Positions 11,375 through 21,206 of a stretch of DNA of 64,000 nt are shown piece by piece. Below the pieces are notes generated by a model, which saw only the letters and a program-made list of their open reading frames with translations, was not told where the DNA came from and ran no database searches. The position numbers and the translations under genes were made by a program. The DNA is from Nocardioides sp. GTDB taxonomy: Bacteria; Actinomycetota; Actinomycetes; Propionibacteriales; Nocardioidaceae. Every line of letters begins with the position of its first letter. Position 1 is the first letter of the stretch. Location: contig NZ_JBGAHF010000013.1 in assembly GCF_044226305.1 (NCBI RefSeq), positions 33,883 to 97,882 of the forward strand, read 5' to 3'.

Positions 11375-13390
11375 TCACAGCGTCGGCGGGTCCACCTGGA
11401 TCCGGACCGCCTGGAGCTTGCGGCTCGACCGCAGCCGTTGCAGCTCGCGGAGCGCCGCGGAGAGCCCGGCACCCTGGGCACGTGGGACCCGGACGACGAC
11501 GCGACTCTCGCCGTCGGCCACGTCGACCGGTCCGAGCACCTCGGCTCCGGCGGGTGCGACCAGGAGCGTGAGCGCGTCGTCGACGGCGCCGGGGTCCCCG
11601 GTGATGGTCGCCAGCCGGCTGGCCGGGGGCAGGTGCGCCGCCATCCGCTCGGCGGTCTCGCGGGCGGCGAAGCCGGCGGGGTCCCACCGCACCAGGGCCT
11701 GCAGGGCCGGGTGGGCGGGGTCACCGACCGCCACGACCCGGCCGCCGAGGCGGGCGAGCGCCGCGGCGCCGGCCCAGCGGCGCAGGGCCTCCTCCTCGGC
11801 ACGCAGGTCGATCCGCGACAGCAGCAGCCAGGTGTCGAGCAGCACGACGGCGGCGTACCCGCCGGTCGCCACGGGCTCGGCGCCCGGCGTGGCCACCACG
11901 ATCTCCGGGGTGTCCCCGACCGTCGCGAGCACCCGGTCGCCGGAGCTGGTGCGCACGGGCGTGCCGGGGAACGCCCGGCCCAGCTCCTCCGCGGTCCGCG
12001 CGTCGCCGAGCACGGGGGCGCGCAGGCCGCGGTGGCCGCACTCGGCGCACGCCCAGCCCTCGGCGGCGGTGCCGCACCAGCGGCACGCGGGCGGGGTCGT
12101 GGCGCCGGTGAGGCCCAGGGGCCCGCGGCAGGCCGCGCACCGGGCCGGGGTGCGGCAACGCTCGCAGGCGAGCGCGTTGACGTAGCCGAGCCGTGGCGTC
12201 TGCACCAGCACCGGCCCGGACCCGAGCGCGTCGCGGACCACCACGTGCACGTCGTGGGGGACCCGGCCACCCCGGGCACGGGTGTCGCTCTCCCCCACCA
12301 CGGTGACCCCGACCCGGCGCCGGGCCTCGCGGGTCGCCGCGAGCTCGCGCGCCCAGCCGGTGCGCAGGAGGTACTCGCCCTCGACGGTGCGCACGAAGCC
12401 GCCGACCAGCGCGGCCGCACCCTCCCGCTCGGCACGCAGCAGCAGCGTGTCGCGGGTGTGCGGGTAGGGCGCCCGCGGCTCGGCGTGCAGGTCGTCGCCG
12501 TCGTCCCAGACCACGACGAGCCCGAGGTCGTGCACCGGGGCGAACGCCGCAGCGCGGGTGCCGACCACCACCCGGCGGGCACCGCGGCTGACGGCGAGGA
12601 AGTCGGCGTAGCGCCGGGCGGGCCCGGCGTCCGCGGTCAGCGTGACGTGCTGGTCGGGCCCGAGCACGGCAGTCAGTGCGGCGTCGACCCGGGCGACGTC
12701 CTTGCGGTCGGGGACACAGACGAGCACGCCGCGCCCGGACGCCCGGGTGGCGGCGGTCGCGTGGGCGAGGAGCAGCGGCCAGTCGGTCGCCGGCGCCGCC
12801 GTCCACACCGCCCGGGGGCTGCCGCCCTCCGCGAGGTGGCGCAGGAAGGCGGCGGCCGGCTCGTGGCCGGCCCAGGCGGACTCGGCCGCGCCCGCGTCGT
12901 ACGGCGGCAGGTCCGGTGCGGGTGGCGACGGCCTCTTCTCCGTGGTGGCGTGCCGGGCGGGGACGGCGAGGCGGAGCACGTCGGAGCGGGTGCCGGCGTA
13001 GCGCGACGCGAGCTCACCGGCCAGGGCGGCGACCTGGGCTGCGAGCACCGGCTCGGGGCTGACCACCCGACGCAGCGGTGCCAGGCGCCCGTCGTGGTCG
13101 CTGGTGGCCGCGCGGGCGAGGACGAACCCGTCGACGTCCTGCCCCGCGAAGCGGACCTTCACCCGGGCACCGGGCCGGGCGTCGTCGGCCATCGTCGACG
13201 GCACGGAGTAGTCGAAGGTCCGGTCGAGGTGCGCCAGCGGCACGTCCACCAGGACCCGGGCGACCGGGTCGACGGCCGCGGGTCCGGCCGGCGGGCGGCT
13301 CCGCGCCGCCCGCGCGCGGGCCGCCTTCACCTCCGCCCGCGCGAGCCCGGGCAGCAGCTCGGGCTGCGCCTCGGGTGGGGGGTCGGCCAT
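11375..13390 (-). CDS. priA: primosomal protein N' (actinobacterial type, helicase motifs degenerate)
   Basis: Start reassigned to MADPPP (13390); HLDRTFDY, PGARVKVRF, VVGTRAAAFAP, two Zn-finger pairs CxxC...CxxC, DP at the C-terminus; syntenic with def/fmt. Confidence 0.9.
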   Translation of the reverse strand: MADPPPEAQPELLPGLARAEVKAARARAARSRPPAGPAAVDPVARVLVDVPLAHLDRTFDYSVPSTMADDARPGARVKVRFAGQDVDGFVLARAATSDHDGRLAPLRRVVSPEPVLAAQVAALAGELASRYAGTRSDVLRLAVPARHATTEKRPSPPAPDLPPYDAGAAESAWAGHEPAAAFLRHLAEGGSPRAVWTAAPATDWPLLLAHATAATRASGRGVLVCVPDRKDVARVDAALTAVLGPDQHVTLTADAGPARRYADFLAVSRGARRVVVGTRAAAFAPVHDLGLVVVWDDGDDLHAEPRAPYPHTRDTLLLRAEREGAAALVGGFVRTVEGEYLLRTGWARELAATREARRRVGVTVVGESDTRARGGRVPHDVHVVVRDALGSGPVLVQTPRLGYVNALACERCRTPARCAACRGPLGLTGATTPPACRWCGTAAEGWACAECGHRGLRAPVLGDARTAEELGRAFPGTPVRTSSGDRVLATVGDTPEIVVATPGAEPVATGGYAAVVLLDTWLLLSRIDLRAEEEALRRWAGAAALARLGGRVVAVGDPAHPALQALVRWDPAGFAARETAERMAAHLPPASRLATITGDPGAVDDALTLLVAPAGAEVLGPVDVADGESRVVVRVPRAQGAGLSAALRELQRLRSSRKLQAVRIQVDPPTL

Positions 13391-13420
13391 GCGGGCAGTT
13401 CTACCAGCGCCCGCCCCCGG

Positions 13421-13448
13421 CGCCGGGGCCGCGTCCACGGCCCCGGCG
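13421..13448 (-). terminator. GC-rich stem-loop after the M4 peptidase gene
   Basis: CGCCGGGGCCG-cgtcca-CGGCCCCGGCG, a perfect 11-bp stem about 10 nt past the stop; no U-tract. Confidence 0.5.
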
Positions 13449-13457
13449 TCGGCCGGC

Positions 13458-15935
13458 TCAGGTCACGGGACCGACAGCCTTCGAGGTCGCCGAGACGGGG
13501 TCCGCACCGGACTTCTTCGCCGTCACCCGGACCGCGATCTTCCGGCCCTTGTCGCCCTTGACGAGCTTGTAGGTCTTCGCCTTCGCCCCACCGATGGCGT
13601 TGCCGTTGCGCAGCCACTGGTAGCTGAAGGTCACGCCGGCAGGCGTCCAGGTCCCCGGCTTCGCGGTCAGCGTCTTGCCCACCTTCGGCGTCCCGCTGAT
13701 GCTCGGCAGCTTCGTGTTCGTGATCGGGACGTCGCAGGTGTAGACCCGGACGTCGTCCACGAACCAGCCGATGAAGCCGACGGACGAGTCGGTGAAGACG
13801 TAGAACGACGGAGTCACCGCCTGGCCGGCCCACGACGACAGGTCGAGCCGGCTGGCCACCCAGCCGAGGCTGTCGCCGCCGAAGGCCGGGACGCCGCCGA
13901 GCGGGTTGCCGTACTGGGTGGACAGCACGTCCTCCGGGCCGTTCACCCACGGCTTGTCGCTCGTCTCGACGTCGTTGATGCCGACCACGCCGCCGTCGTA
14001 GAACGCGTTGCTGTCGTAGTCGAGCAGCCGCCAGTGCTGGAACCACAGGTAGCTCTTCTGGCCCGCCGGCAGGGGGATCGCCGAGGTCGCGACGATGCCG
14101 CTGCCGCCGGTGGCGGGCGGGTCGCTGGAGTACCAGGAGTCCTGGCCCGAGCTGGCGTTGCTCCCCCAGTTCAGCGACTCGCCGCGGTTCCACGTCGGGC
14201 CGGCCTCGAACTTCGACGTCGGGTCGCCGGTCTCGCTGTCGAACAGCACCCGCTTGGTCGTGCCCGCCGGGCAGGTGTCGGGCGCGTCGGCCGGCTGCGG
14301 GGCGTTCGGCGGGGTGGTCGTGAGCTCGGTGGCGAGCCCCGCCTTGTGGACCGAGGTGCAGGTCGCAGCGGTGAAGCCGGCGACCCCGGCGCCGACCAGG
14401 TCCTCGCAGCCCTGGTCGAGGACGGACGCCAGGTCGGCGAAGTCGCTGCCGGAGGAGAGCATCGTGATCACGTCGAGGTAGAGGACAGCGGTCTTCGTCA
14501 GCCCGGCGTCACCCCCGTCGATCCCGGTGACGGTCTGGCCGTTGAACGTGCCGCCCTGGGAGATCAGGTACGCCGTCTTGTTGCCGACCCCGCTGTTGGT
14601 GTGCACGCCGCCGTTGTCGTCGTACGTCGCGTCCGCGGTGTAGAACCCGCTGGTCATCCGGTCGGGCTGGTCGTAGATGGTCGGGTCGTGCAGGTCGCGG
14701 ATCGCCCCGATCGGCAGGTCCTCGCCGAGCCTCCAGTCGGTCGGCGAGTCACCCGGCGTGGCGTAGCGGTGGTCGACGATCTCGCCCATGATGTCGGCCA
14801 TCGACTCGTTCATGGCGCCGGACTGGCCCCAGTAGAAGAGCTCGGAGCTGTGGTCGACGATCCCGTGGGTCATCTCGTGGCCGACCACGTCGTCGGCGCT
14901 GGCGTACCCGTCGCCGTAGTACATCTGGTGCCCGTTCCAGAACGCGTTGGCGTACGGGCACGGGCGGCTGGCGTAGCAGAACCGGACGGTCGAGGCGAGC
15001 TTCTGCACACCGCCGACGTCGATGCCGAGCACCTGGGTGAGGTCGATGCCGCCGATCGCGGCGTAGAAGTCGGAGACGGCGCCGGCGTACTCGAAGGCCT
15101 TGTTCACGTCGTTGACACCGCTGGCGGGCCCGCCCTCGGTCCGCGCGAAGCCCGAGCTGCACGGCGACTCCGAGGCGACCGGTCCGTTCGCCGCGTCGCA
15201 GATCACCCGGTCGATGCCCTCGATCGTGTCGAGGTTCATCAGCACCGCGCCGGAGCGGACGTCCACCAGCACCAGGCGCCGGATCCCGACCCCGTCGCCG
15301 ACCTCGAAGCGCCACACGGTGCGGGTGCCGAGCCGCGCCGGGGCGTCGAGGACCCGCGGGTCGAGCAGCCAGCGACCCTGCGAGCCGACCTCCAGCCGGC
15401 CAGCGGGGACGCCAGCAGCCTTGGCGGCCGCGGTGCGCGCGGTGGCCGCCGCGGCCCCCTCGCCGACGACCGGCTCGGCGGCCGAGGTCTCGGCGGACAC
15501 CGTGGCCAGCACCGAGCCGAGCTCCCGGTCCGGCCGCAGCCCGACGACCACCTCGCCACCGATGACGGGGACGCCGTCGACCCGCTGCTGGAACCGCACG
15601 ACGTCCTGGTCGGCGACCGAGCGGGCCACGGCGTGCAGGACCAGCTGGTCCGCCGCGACGCCGACCGCGGCGCCGTACCGCTCCAGGTGGGTCCGGGCGG
15701 CCGCGACGACGGGGGTGGCCCGGCCGACGCCGGGGTCGTCGACGGACGACGCGGCCGGGATCCCGATGAAGCCGGGCCGGATCCGCAGGGCGCCGTCCGC
15801 GTCCGCGCGCAGCGCCGCGCGGGCCGAGTCGCGCGCGGACGGAGCCGCCGAGACCACGGCTGGCGCGACCGTCAACGAGGCGGCGGCGAGCGCACCGATG
15901 GTTCCGAGACCGACGAGGACACGTAGTCGGGTCAT
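13458..15935 (-). CDS. secreted M4 (thermolysin-family) metallopeptidase with C-terminal accessory domains
   Basis: Start MTRLRV (15935) with signal peptide; propeptide VRFQQRVDGVPVIGG; NAFWNG, DVVGHEMTHG, GAMNESMAD, GGVHTNSG; C-terminal Ig-like PSISGTPKVGKTLTAKPGTW. Confidence 0.9.
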   Translation of the reverse strand: MTRLRVLVGLGTIGALAAASLTVAPAVVSAAPSARDSARAALRADADGALRIRPGFIGIPAASSVDDPGVGRATPVVAAARTHLERYGAAVGVAADQLVLHAVARSVADQDVVRFQQRVDGVPVIGGEVVVGLRPDRELGSVLATVSAETSAAEPVVGEGAAAATARTAAAKAAGVPAGRLEVGSQGRWLLDPRVLDAPARLGTRTVWRFEVGDGVGIRRLVLVDVRSGAVLMNLDTIEGIDRVICDAANGPVASESPCSSGFARTEGGPASGVNDVNKAFEYAGAVSDFYAAIGGIDLTQVLGIDVGGVQKLASTVRFCYASRPCPYANAFWNGHQMYYGDGYASADDVVGHEMTHGIVDHSSELFYWGQSGAMNESMADIMGEIVDHRYATPGDSPTDWRLGEDLPIGAIRDLHDPTIYDQPDRMTSGFYTADATYDDNGGVHTNSGVGNKTAYLISQGGTFNGQTVTGIDGGDAGLTKTAVLYLDVITMLSSGSDFADLASVLDQGCEDLVGAGVAGFTAATCTSVHKAGLATELTTTPPNAPQPADAPDTCPAGTTKRVLFDSETGDPTSKFEAGPTWNRGESLNWGSNASSGQDSWYSSDPPATGGSGIVATSAIPLPAGQKSYLWFQHWRLLDYDSNAFYDGGVVGINDVETSDKPWVNGPEDVLSTQYGNPLGGVPAFGGDSLGWVASRLDLSSWAGQAVTPSFYVFTDSSVGFIGWFVDDVRVYTCDVPITNTKLPSISGTPKVGKTLTAKPGTWTPAGVTFSYQWLRNGNAIGGAKAKTYKLVKGDKGRKIAVRVTAKKSGADPVSATSKAVGPVT

Positions 15936-16057
15936 ACCTGCGAGCCTAGGAACCACCACCCGCGGGCGGCATGGCCCAGATGGGCCCCGGCGCCGCCACC
16001 CTCAGGGCACCGTCGGGCGCACCACCAGGCCAGTGCGCCTGGGCGTCGACCCTGGGG

Positions 16058-17248
16058 TCAGAGGCCGGCGGCCGCCCGCAGCGCGTCGGCGCGGTCGGTG
16101 CGCTCCCAGGTGAACTCGGGGAGCTCACGACCGAAGTGGCCGTACGCCGCCGTCTTGGCGTAGATCGGGCGCAGCAGGTCGAGGTCCCGGATGATCGCCG
16201 CCGGGCGCAGGTCGAAGACCTCGAGCACGGCCTGCTGGATCTGCTCGTCGCTGACGACGCCGGTGCCGAAGGTCTCGACGAAGACACCGACCGGCTGGGC
16301 CTTGCCGATGGCGTAGGCGACCTGCGCCTCGCAGCGGCGGGCCAGGCCGGCCGCGACCACGTTCTTGGCCACCCAGCGCATGGCGTAGGCAGCGGAGCGG
16401 TCGACCTTCGACGGGTCCTTGCCCGAGAAGGCACCGCCACCGTGGCGCGCCATGCCGCCGTAGGTGTCGACGATGATCTTGCGGCCGGTCAGGCCCGCGT
16501 CGCCCATCGGACCGCCGACCACGAAGCGGCCGGTCGGGTTCACGAGCAGGCGGTAGCCCTCGGAGGGGATCGGGAACCCCGCGAGCACCGGGTCGATCAC
16601 GTGCTTCTTCACGTCGGCCTCGAGGGTGCCGAGCTCGGTGTCCTCGTCGTGCTGGGAGGACAGGACGACCGTGTCGACCCGGACCGGGCGGTTGGCCTCG
16701 TCGTACTCGATCGTGACCTGGGTCTTCCCGTCGGGCCGCAGGTAGGGCAGCGTGCCGTCCTTGCGGACCGCGGTGAGCTGCTCGGCGAGCCGCTGGGCGA
16801 TGACGATCGGCAGCGGCATGAGCACGTCGGTGTCGTCGCAGGCGTAGCCGAACATCAGGCCCTGGTCGCCGGCGCCCTGCTTGTCCATCGCGTCGACCGA
16901 GCCGGTGCGGCTCTCGTGGCCGGTGTCCACGCCCTGGGCGATGTCACCGGACTGGCCGCCGATCGCCACCATCACCCCGCACGAGTGCCCGTCGAAGCCC
17001 TTGACCGAGGAGTCGTAGCCGATCTCGATGATCCGCTCGCGGACGACCTTCTTGACGTCGACGTAGCCGGTGGTGGTGACCTCGCCGGCGACGACGACGA
17101 GGCCGGTGGTCAGCAGCGTCTCGACGGCGACCCGGCTGTAGGCGTCCTGCTCGAGCATCGCGTCGAGCACGGAGTCGCTGATCTGGTCGGCGATCTTGTC
17201 GGGGTGGCCCTCGGTCACTGACTCCGAGGTGAACAGGCGTCCGGTCAT
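16058..17248 (-). CDS. metK: S-adenosylmethionine synthetase
   Basis: [36 protein letters not shown]; start at ATG 17248 (TAGGGT + 6 nt upstream). Confidence 0.97.
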   Translation of the reverse strand: MTGRLFTSESVTEGHPDKIADQISDSVLDAMLEQDAYSRVAVETLLTTGLVVVAGEVTTTGYVDVKKVVRERIIEIGYDSSVKGFDGHSCGVMVAIGGQSGDIAQGVDTGHESRTGSVDAMDKQGAGDQGLMFGYACDDTDVLMPLPIVIAQRLAEQLTAVRKDGTLPYLRPDGKTQVTIEYDEANRPVRVDTVVLSSQHDEDTELGTLEADVKKHVIDPVLAGFPIPSEGYRLLVNPTGRFVVGGPMGDAGLTGRKIIVDTYGGMARHGGGAFSGKDPSKVDRSAAYAMRWVAKNVVAAGLARRCEAQVAYAIGKAQPVGVFVETFGTGVVSDEQIQQAVLEVFDLRPAAIIRDLDLLRPIYAKTAAYGHFGRELPEFTWERTDRADALRAAAGL

Positions 17249-17257
17249 GCGCACACC

Positions 17258-18517
17258 CTAACCAGAGGCCAGGCGGGCCGTGACCTCGTCCCAGATGACA
17301 TGCGCCAGGGCGGTCTTGGACCCCCGCGGGACCTCGACGGCCGGGCCGTCGGCGGCGAGGATCACGGCCTCGTTCTCGGAGCTCCCGAACACCGCTCCCC
17401 CGCTGACGTCGTTGACGACGAGGAGGTCGCAGCCCTTGCGGGCGAGCTTGGCCCGGGCCAGGTCGAGGACCGACCCGGTGTCGTCGCCGGTCTCGGCGGC
17501 GAACCCCACCACCACCTGCCCGGGGCGGAGCCGCTCGGCGCTGAGCTCGCGGAGGATGTCGGGGTTCTGGGTCAGCTCGAGCGGCGGGACCGCGCCGTCG
17601 GCCGTCTTCTTGATCTTGTGCTCGCTCGCGTCGACGGGGCGGAAGTCGGCCGGCGCGGCCGCCATCACGACGGCGTCGGCCGCGGCCGCCGCGGAGACGA
17701 CCTCCTGGCGGAGCTGGGCGGTGGTCTCGACCCGGACCACCTTCACGCCCGCCGGGTCCAGCAGCGTGGTGTTGGCCGCCACCAGGGTCACCTCGGCACC
17801 GCGGGCCGCCGCGGCCCGCGCGAGCGCGTAGCCCTGGAGCCCGGACGAGCGGTTGCCGAGGAAGCGGACCGGGTCGAGGTACTCGCGGGTGCCGCCCGCG
17901 GACACGACGACCCGGCGACCGGCCATGTCGGGCCTGGTGGCGCCGCGGCCGAGCACCTCACGGCAGACGTCGAAGATCTCGGCGGGCTCGGGCAGCCGGC
18001 CCTTCCCGGTGTCCTTGCCCGTGAGCCGGCCCTCGGCCGGCTCGACGACGAGGCCGCCCCGCTCGCGCAGGGTGGCGACGTTGGCCTGGGTCGCCGGGTG
18101 CTCCCACATCTCGGTGTGCATCGCGGGGGCGAACACGACCGGGCAGCGGGCGGTGAGCAGGGTGTTGGTGAGCAGGTCGTCGGCGAGGCCGTGGGCCGCC
18201 TTGGCCATCACGTCGGCGGTCGCCGGGGCGACCACCACCAGGTCGGCCGACTGGCCGATCCGCACGTGCGGCACCTCGTGGACGTCGGTCCACACGTCGG
18301 TCGCCACCGGCTTGCCGGACAGTGCCGACCAGGTCGGGGCGCCCACGAACTCCAGTGCTGCCGCCGTCGGGACCACGGTCACGTCGTGGCCGGACTCGGT
18401 GAACAGCCGGAGCAGCTCGCAGGCCTTGTACGCCGCGATGCCGCCGGACACGCCCAGGACGACGCGGGGCCGCCCCCCGGACTGGGGAGCGGCCTCGGAC
18501 GTGGTGGTGCTGGTCAG
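17258..18517 (-). CDS. coaBC: bifunctional phosphopantothenoylcysteine decarboxylase / synthase
   Basis: RVVLGVSGGIAAYK, APAMHTEMW, GGTREYLDPVRFLGNRSSG, VGFAAET. The start must lie upstream of GTG 18451; CTG at 18517 is proposed. Confidence 0.93.
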   Translation of the reverse strand: MTSTTTSEAAPQSGGRPRVVLGVSGGIAAYKACELLRLFTESGHDVTVVPTAAALEFVGAPTWSALSGKPVATDVWTDVHEVPHVRIGQSADLVVVAPATADVMAKAAHGLADDLLTNTLLTARCPVVFAPAMHTEMWEHPATQANVATLRERGGLVVEPAEGRLTGKDTGKGRLPEPAEIFDVCREVLGRGATRPDMAGRRVVVSAGGTREYLDPVRFLGNRSSGLQGYALARAAAARGAEVTLVAANTTLLDPAGVKVVRVETTAQLRQEVVSAAAAADAVVMAAAPADFRPVDASEHKIKKTADGAVPPLELTQNPDILRELSAERLRPGQVVVGFAAETGDDTGSVLDLARAKLARKGCDLLVVNDVSGGAVFGSSENEAVILAADGPAVEVPRGSKTALAHVIWDEVTARLASG

Positions 18518-18527
18518 CGGATCACTC

Positions 18528-18851
18528 TCAGGCGCCCGCGGCGTCGGCGGCGGCAGCCGCGGCGGCGGCCTCCTCGGCAGCGAGCTCGGCGGGGTCGATG
18601 TCCTCGCAGGTGAGGAGGTCCTCGTTGATCTCGCGGAGCGCGATCGAGAGCGGCTTCTCCTGCACGTGGGTGTCGACCAGCGGGCCGACGTACTCCAGCA
18701 GGCCTTCGCCGAGCTGGGAGTAGTAGGCGTTGATCTGCCGGGCGCGCTTGGCGCTGTAGAGGACCAGCTTGTACTTGCTGTCGGTCTTCGTCAGCAGGTC
18801 GTCGATCGAGGGGTTGGTGACGCCCTCGGCCGCGATGGTGGGTCCGGACAC
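18528..18851 (-). CDS. rpoZ: RNA polymerase omega subunit
   Basis: [39 protein letters not shown]. Confidence 0.96.
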   Translation of the reverse strand: MSGPTIAAEGVTNPSIDDLLTKTDSKYKLVLYSAKRARQINAYYSQLGEGLLEYVGPLVDTHVQEKPLSIALREINEDLLTCEDIDPAELAAEEAAAAAAAADAAGA

Positions 18852-18860
18852 GCTAAAGCC

Positions 18861-19460
18861 TCACAGATCAGTCGGGGATGGCTCCATCAAGGCTACCAAC
18901 TGCTCGGCTGCATCGTGAATCTCGTGGTTGACGATGGTCCGGTCGAACTCGTCCTCGGCGGCCAGCTCCTCGCGTGCGGTCTCGAGCCGGCGGGCGCGCT
19001 CGTCCTCCGACTCGGTGCCGCGGCCGACCAGCCGGCGCACCAGCTCCTCCCACGACGGGGGCTTCAGGAACACGAACAGCGCCTCGGGCATCGTCCGGCG
19101 GACCTGCCGGGCGCCCTGGAGGTCGATCTCGAGCATCGCCGGCCGACCGGACGCCAGCGCCAGGTCGACGGGCTGGCGCGGGGTGCCGTAGCGCGCCGCC
19201 TTGTGCACCACGGCCCACTCGAGCAGCTCGTCGTGGGCCACCATCCGGTCGAACTCCTCGTCGGAGACGAACCAGTAGTGCACGCCGTTGACCTCCCCCG
19301 GGCGCGGCGGTCGCGTGGTGGCGGAGACGGAGATCCACACCTCGGGGTGGCAGCGGCGCACCTCGGCGGCGACCGTGCCCTTGCCGACCGCGGTCGGGCC
19401 GGCGAGGACCAGCAGACGGGACCGGCGCTCGGGAGCGGCCGCACCTGCCGGCTCAGTCAC
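18861..19460 (-). CDS. gmk: guanylate kinase
   Basis: Start reassigned to GTG at 19460; [38 protein letters not shown]. Confidence 0.96.
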   Translation of the reverse strand: MTEPAGAAAPERRSRLLVLAGPTAVGKGTVAAEVRRCHPEVWISVSATTRPPRPGEVNGVHYWFVSDEEFDRMVAHDELLEWAVVHKAARYGTPRQPVDLALASGRPAMLEIDLQGARQVRRTMPEALFVFLKPPSWEELVRRLVGRGTESEDERARRLETAREELAAEDEFDRTIVNHEIHDAAEQLVALMEPSPTDL

Positions 19461-19773
19461 GCGCGGCGAACTCCTTCTCCAGCGCGGCGACCTGCTTGGC
19501 ACCGAGCCCGCGGACCCGGCGGCTCTCGGCGATCCCGAGCTTCTCCATCAGCTGGCGGGCCCGGACCTTGCCGAGGCCGGGCATCGACTGGAGCAGGTCG
19601 ACGACCCGCATCTTGCCGATGACGTCGTTGCGCTGGCCCTCGTGGAGGACGTCGACGATCGAGGCGCCCGAGTTCTTGAGCCGGTTCTTCACCTCGGCCC
19701 GCTCCCGGCGGGAGGCGGCGGCCTTCTCGAGGGCCGCCTGGCGCTGTTCGGGGGTGAGCGGGGGCAGAGCCAC
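19453..19773 (-). CDS. mihF: actinobacterial integration host factor (mIHF/sIHF)
   Basis: [43 protein letters not shown]; canonical position between pyrF and gmk. Confidence 0.95.
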   Translation of the reverse strand: MALPPLTPEQRQAALEKAAASRRERAEVKNRLKNSGASIVDVLHEGQRNDVIGKMRVVDLLQSMPGLGKVRARQLMEKLGIAESRRVRGLGAKQVAALEKEFAARD

Positions 19774-19841
19774 GGGCGGGTCCTTGTCAGGGAGGTCGGG
19801 GAGGTCGGGAGGGGCGCGGCCGGTCCGGCCGATGCGAGGTC

Positions 19842-19871
19842 AATCTAGTCAGAACTGTTGTGGCGCAGCAA
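19842..19871 (-). promoter_or_regulatory. sigma70-type promoter of mihF
   Basis: Minus strand TTGCTG (19871-19866), 18 nt, TAGATT (19847-19842), about 70 nt upstream of the start. Confidence 0.6.
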
Positions 19872-19941
19872 TCGAGGCCGGACTGGTCTTGGCGGCTCTC
19901 CCCGGCCGGCGACGACTCGGGCACCGGTCCCGGTGCCGCGG

Positions 19942-20388
19942 CTAGAGCGTGAGCGGGGTCTTGCACACGTCGCGGGCCTGCTGGTCGAGGTCCTGGAGCG
20001 CGCGCAGCGTGGTCCCGCTGCCCAGCTGCTTCGCCGCGGCGTCGATCCGGGCCCTGTCCTCGGCGGAGAGCCCGGCCGGCGGGTGGGCGCGGTCGTACGT
20101 CGCCGGGTCGACCCCCGCGTCCTCGAGGGCCTGCTGGAGCGCCTCGATGCTGGTCACCACCTGCTGCCACTCGTCGGTGATGTCACCGGGCGCCTGGTCC
20201 TGCAGCTCGCGGAAGATGTCGAGCGCCGCGAGGAGGGCGTCGGGGTCCCCGCTGCCGACGATGTCGCTGAGCTCCTGCTGGTGGTCCTTCACCGCCCCGC
20301 AGTACGCGTCCTGGTCGGACCCGCCGCAGGCGGTGAGCGTCGGCAGCACCACGCCGACGACCGCGCCGAGGACCAGGACCCGCCTCAC
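19942..20388 (-). CDS. hypothetical lipoprotein
   Basis: GTG at 20388 overlaps the pyrF stop; MRRVLVLGAVVGVVLPTLTAC (lipobox), then GGSDQDAYC and an acidic helical domain with a second Cys near the C-terminus. Confidence 0.75.
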   Translation of the reverse strand: MRRVLVLGAVVGVVLPTLTACGGSDQDAYCGAVKDHQQELSDIVGSGDPDALLAALDIFRELQDQAPGDITDEWQQVVTSIEALQQALEDAGVDPATYDRAHPPAGLSAEDRARIDAAAKQLGSGTTLRALQDLDQQARDVCKTPLTL

Positions 20389-21206
20389 GCGCGGAGCTCC
20401 TCGTTGGTGCGCAGCACGGCCTCGCGCATCGCCGCCACGTCCGGCCCGAGCCGGAGGACCTCGCGGGAGGAGCTGGGCAGCACGGCCGCGGCGGCACCGA
20501 AGATCCGGCGCACGTCGGCGACGGTCCCGCCCTGCGCGCCGAACCCCGGCGCGAGGACCGGCCCGCCGAAGGCGAGGTCCTCCTCGGTGGAGCCGATGGT
20601 CGCGCCGACCACGGCACCGAAGGAGCCGAGCGGCTCGGCGTCGGCGTTGAGACGGCGCAGGTGCTCGAGCACCCGGCCGGCGACCGTGCCGCCGTCGTCG
20701 GTGCGGGCGTGCTGCACCTCGGGACCCTCCTTGTTGGAGGTGAGGGCGAGCACGAACAGCCCGGCGTCGTGCCGCCGGGCGGTGTCGACGAACGGGTCGA
20801 GGGACCCGAAGCCGAGGAACGGGCTGACCGTGATCGCGTCCGCGGCGAGCGGCGAGGCGGGGTCGAGGTAGGCGTCGGCGTACGCCTGGCTGGTCGAGCC
20901 GATGTCGCCGCGCTTCACGTCGAGCAGCACCAGGGCCCCGGCAGCACGCGACGCGGCCACCACCTGCTCGAGCACGGCGACGCCGCGGCTGCCGAACCGC
21001 TCGTAGAAGGCCGACTGAGGCTTGACCACCGAGGCGTGCGGCGCCACCGCCTCGACGGTCGTCAGCGCGAACCGCTCGAGCCCGGCCACGTCGTCGTCCA
21101 GGCCCCACTCCTGCAGCAGGGCGGCGTGCGGGTCGATCCCGACGCAGAACGGCCCCCGCTCGGCGATCGCGGCGTGCAGGCGGGCACCGAACCCGTGGTC
21201 GGTCAT
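20385..21206 (-). CDS. pyrF: orotidine-5'-phosphate decarboxylase
   Basis: Start MTDHGF (21206); CVGIDPH, KPQSAFYERFG, LLDVKRGDIGST, LTSN, GAVVGAT, PGFGAQGG. Confidence 0.96.
   Translation of the reverse strand: MTDHGFGARLHAAIAERGPFCVGIDPHAALLQEWGLDDDVAGLERFALTTVEAVAPHASVVKPQSAFYERFGSRGVAVLEQVVAASRAAGALVLLDVKRGDIGSTSQAYADAYLDPASPLAADAITVSPFLGFGSLDPFVDTARRHDAGLFVLALTSNKEGPEVQHARTDDGGTVAGRVLEHLRRLNADAEPLGSFGAVVGATIGSTEEDLAFGGPVLAPGFGAQGGTVADVRRIFGAAAAVLPSSSREVLRLGPDVAAMREAVLRTNEELRA

Noticed and set aside
11375-13390. PriA lacking Walker A/DExH helicase motifs
   Set aside because: Helicase-degenerate PriA is a known feature of Actinobacteria, so it is not novel and not a pseudogene.
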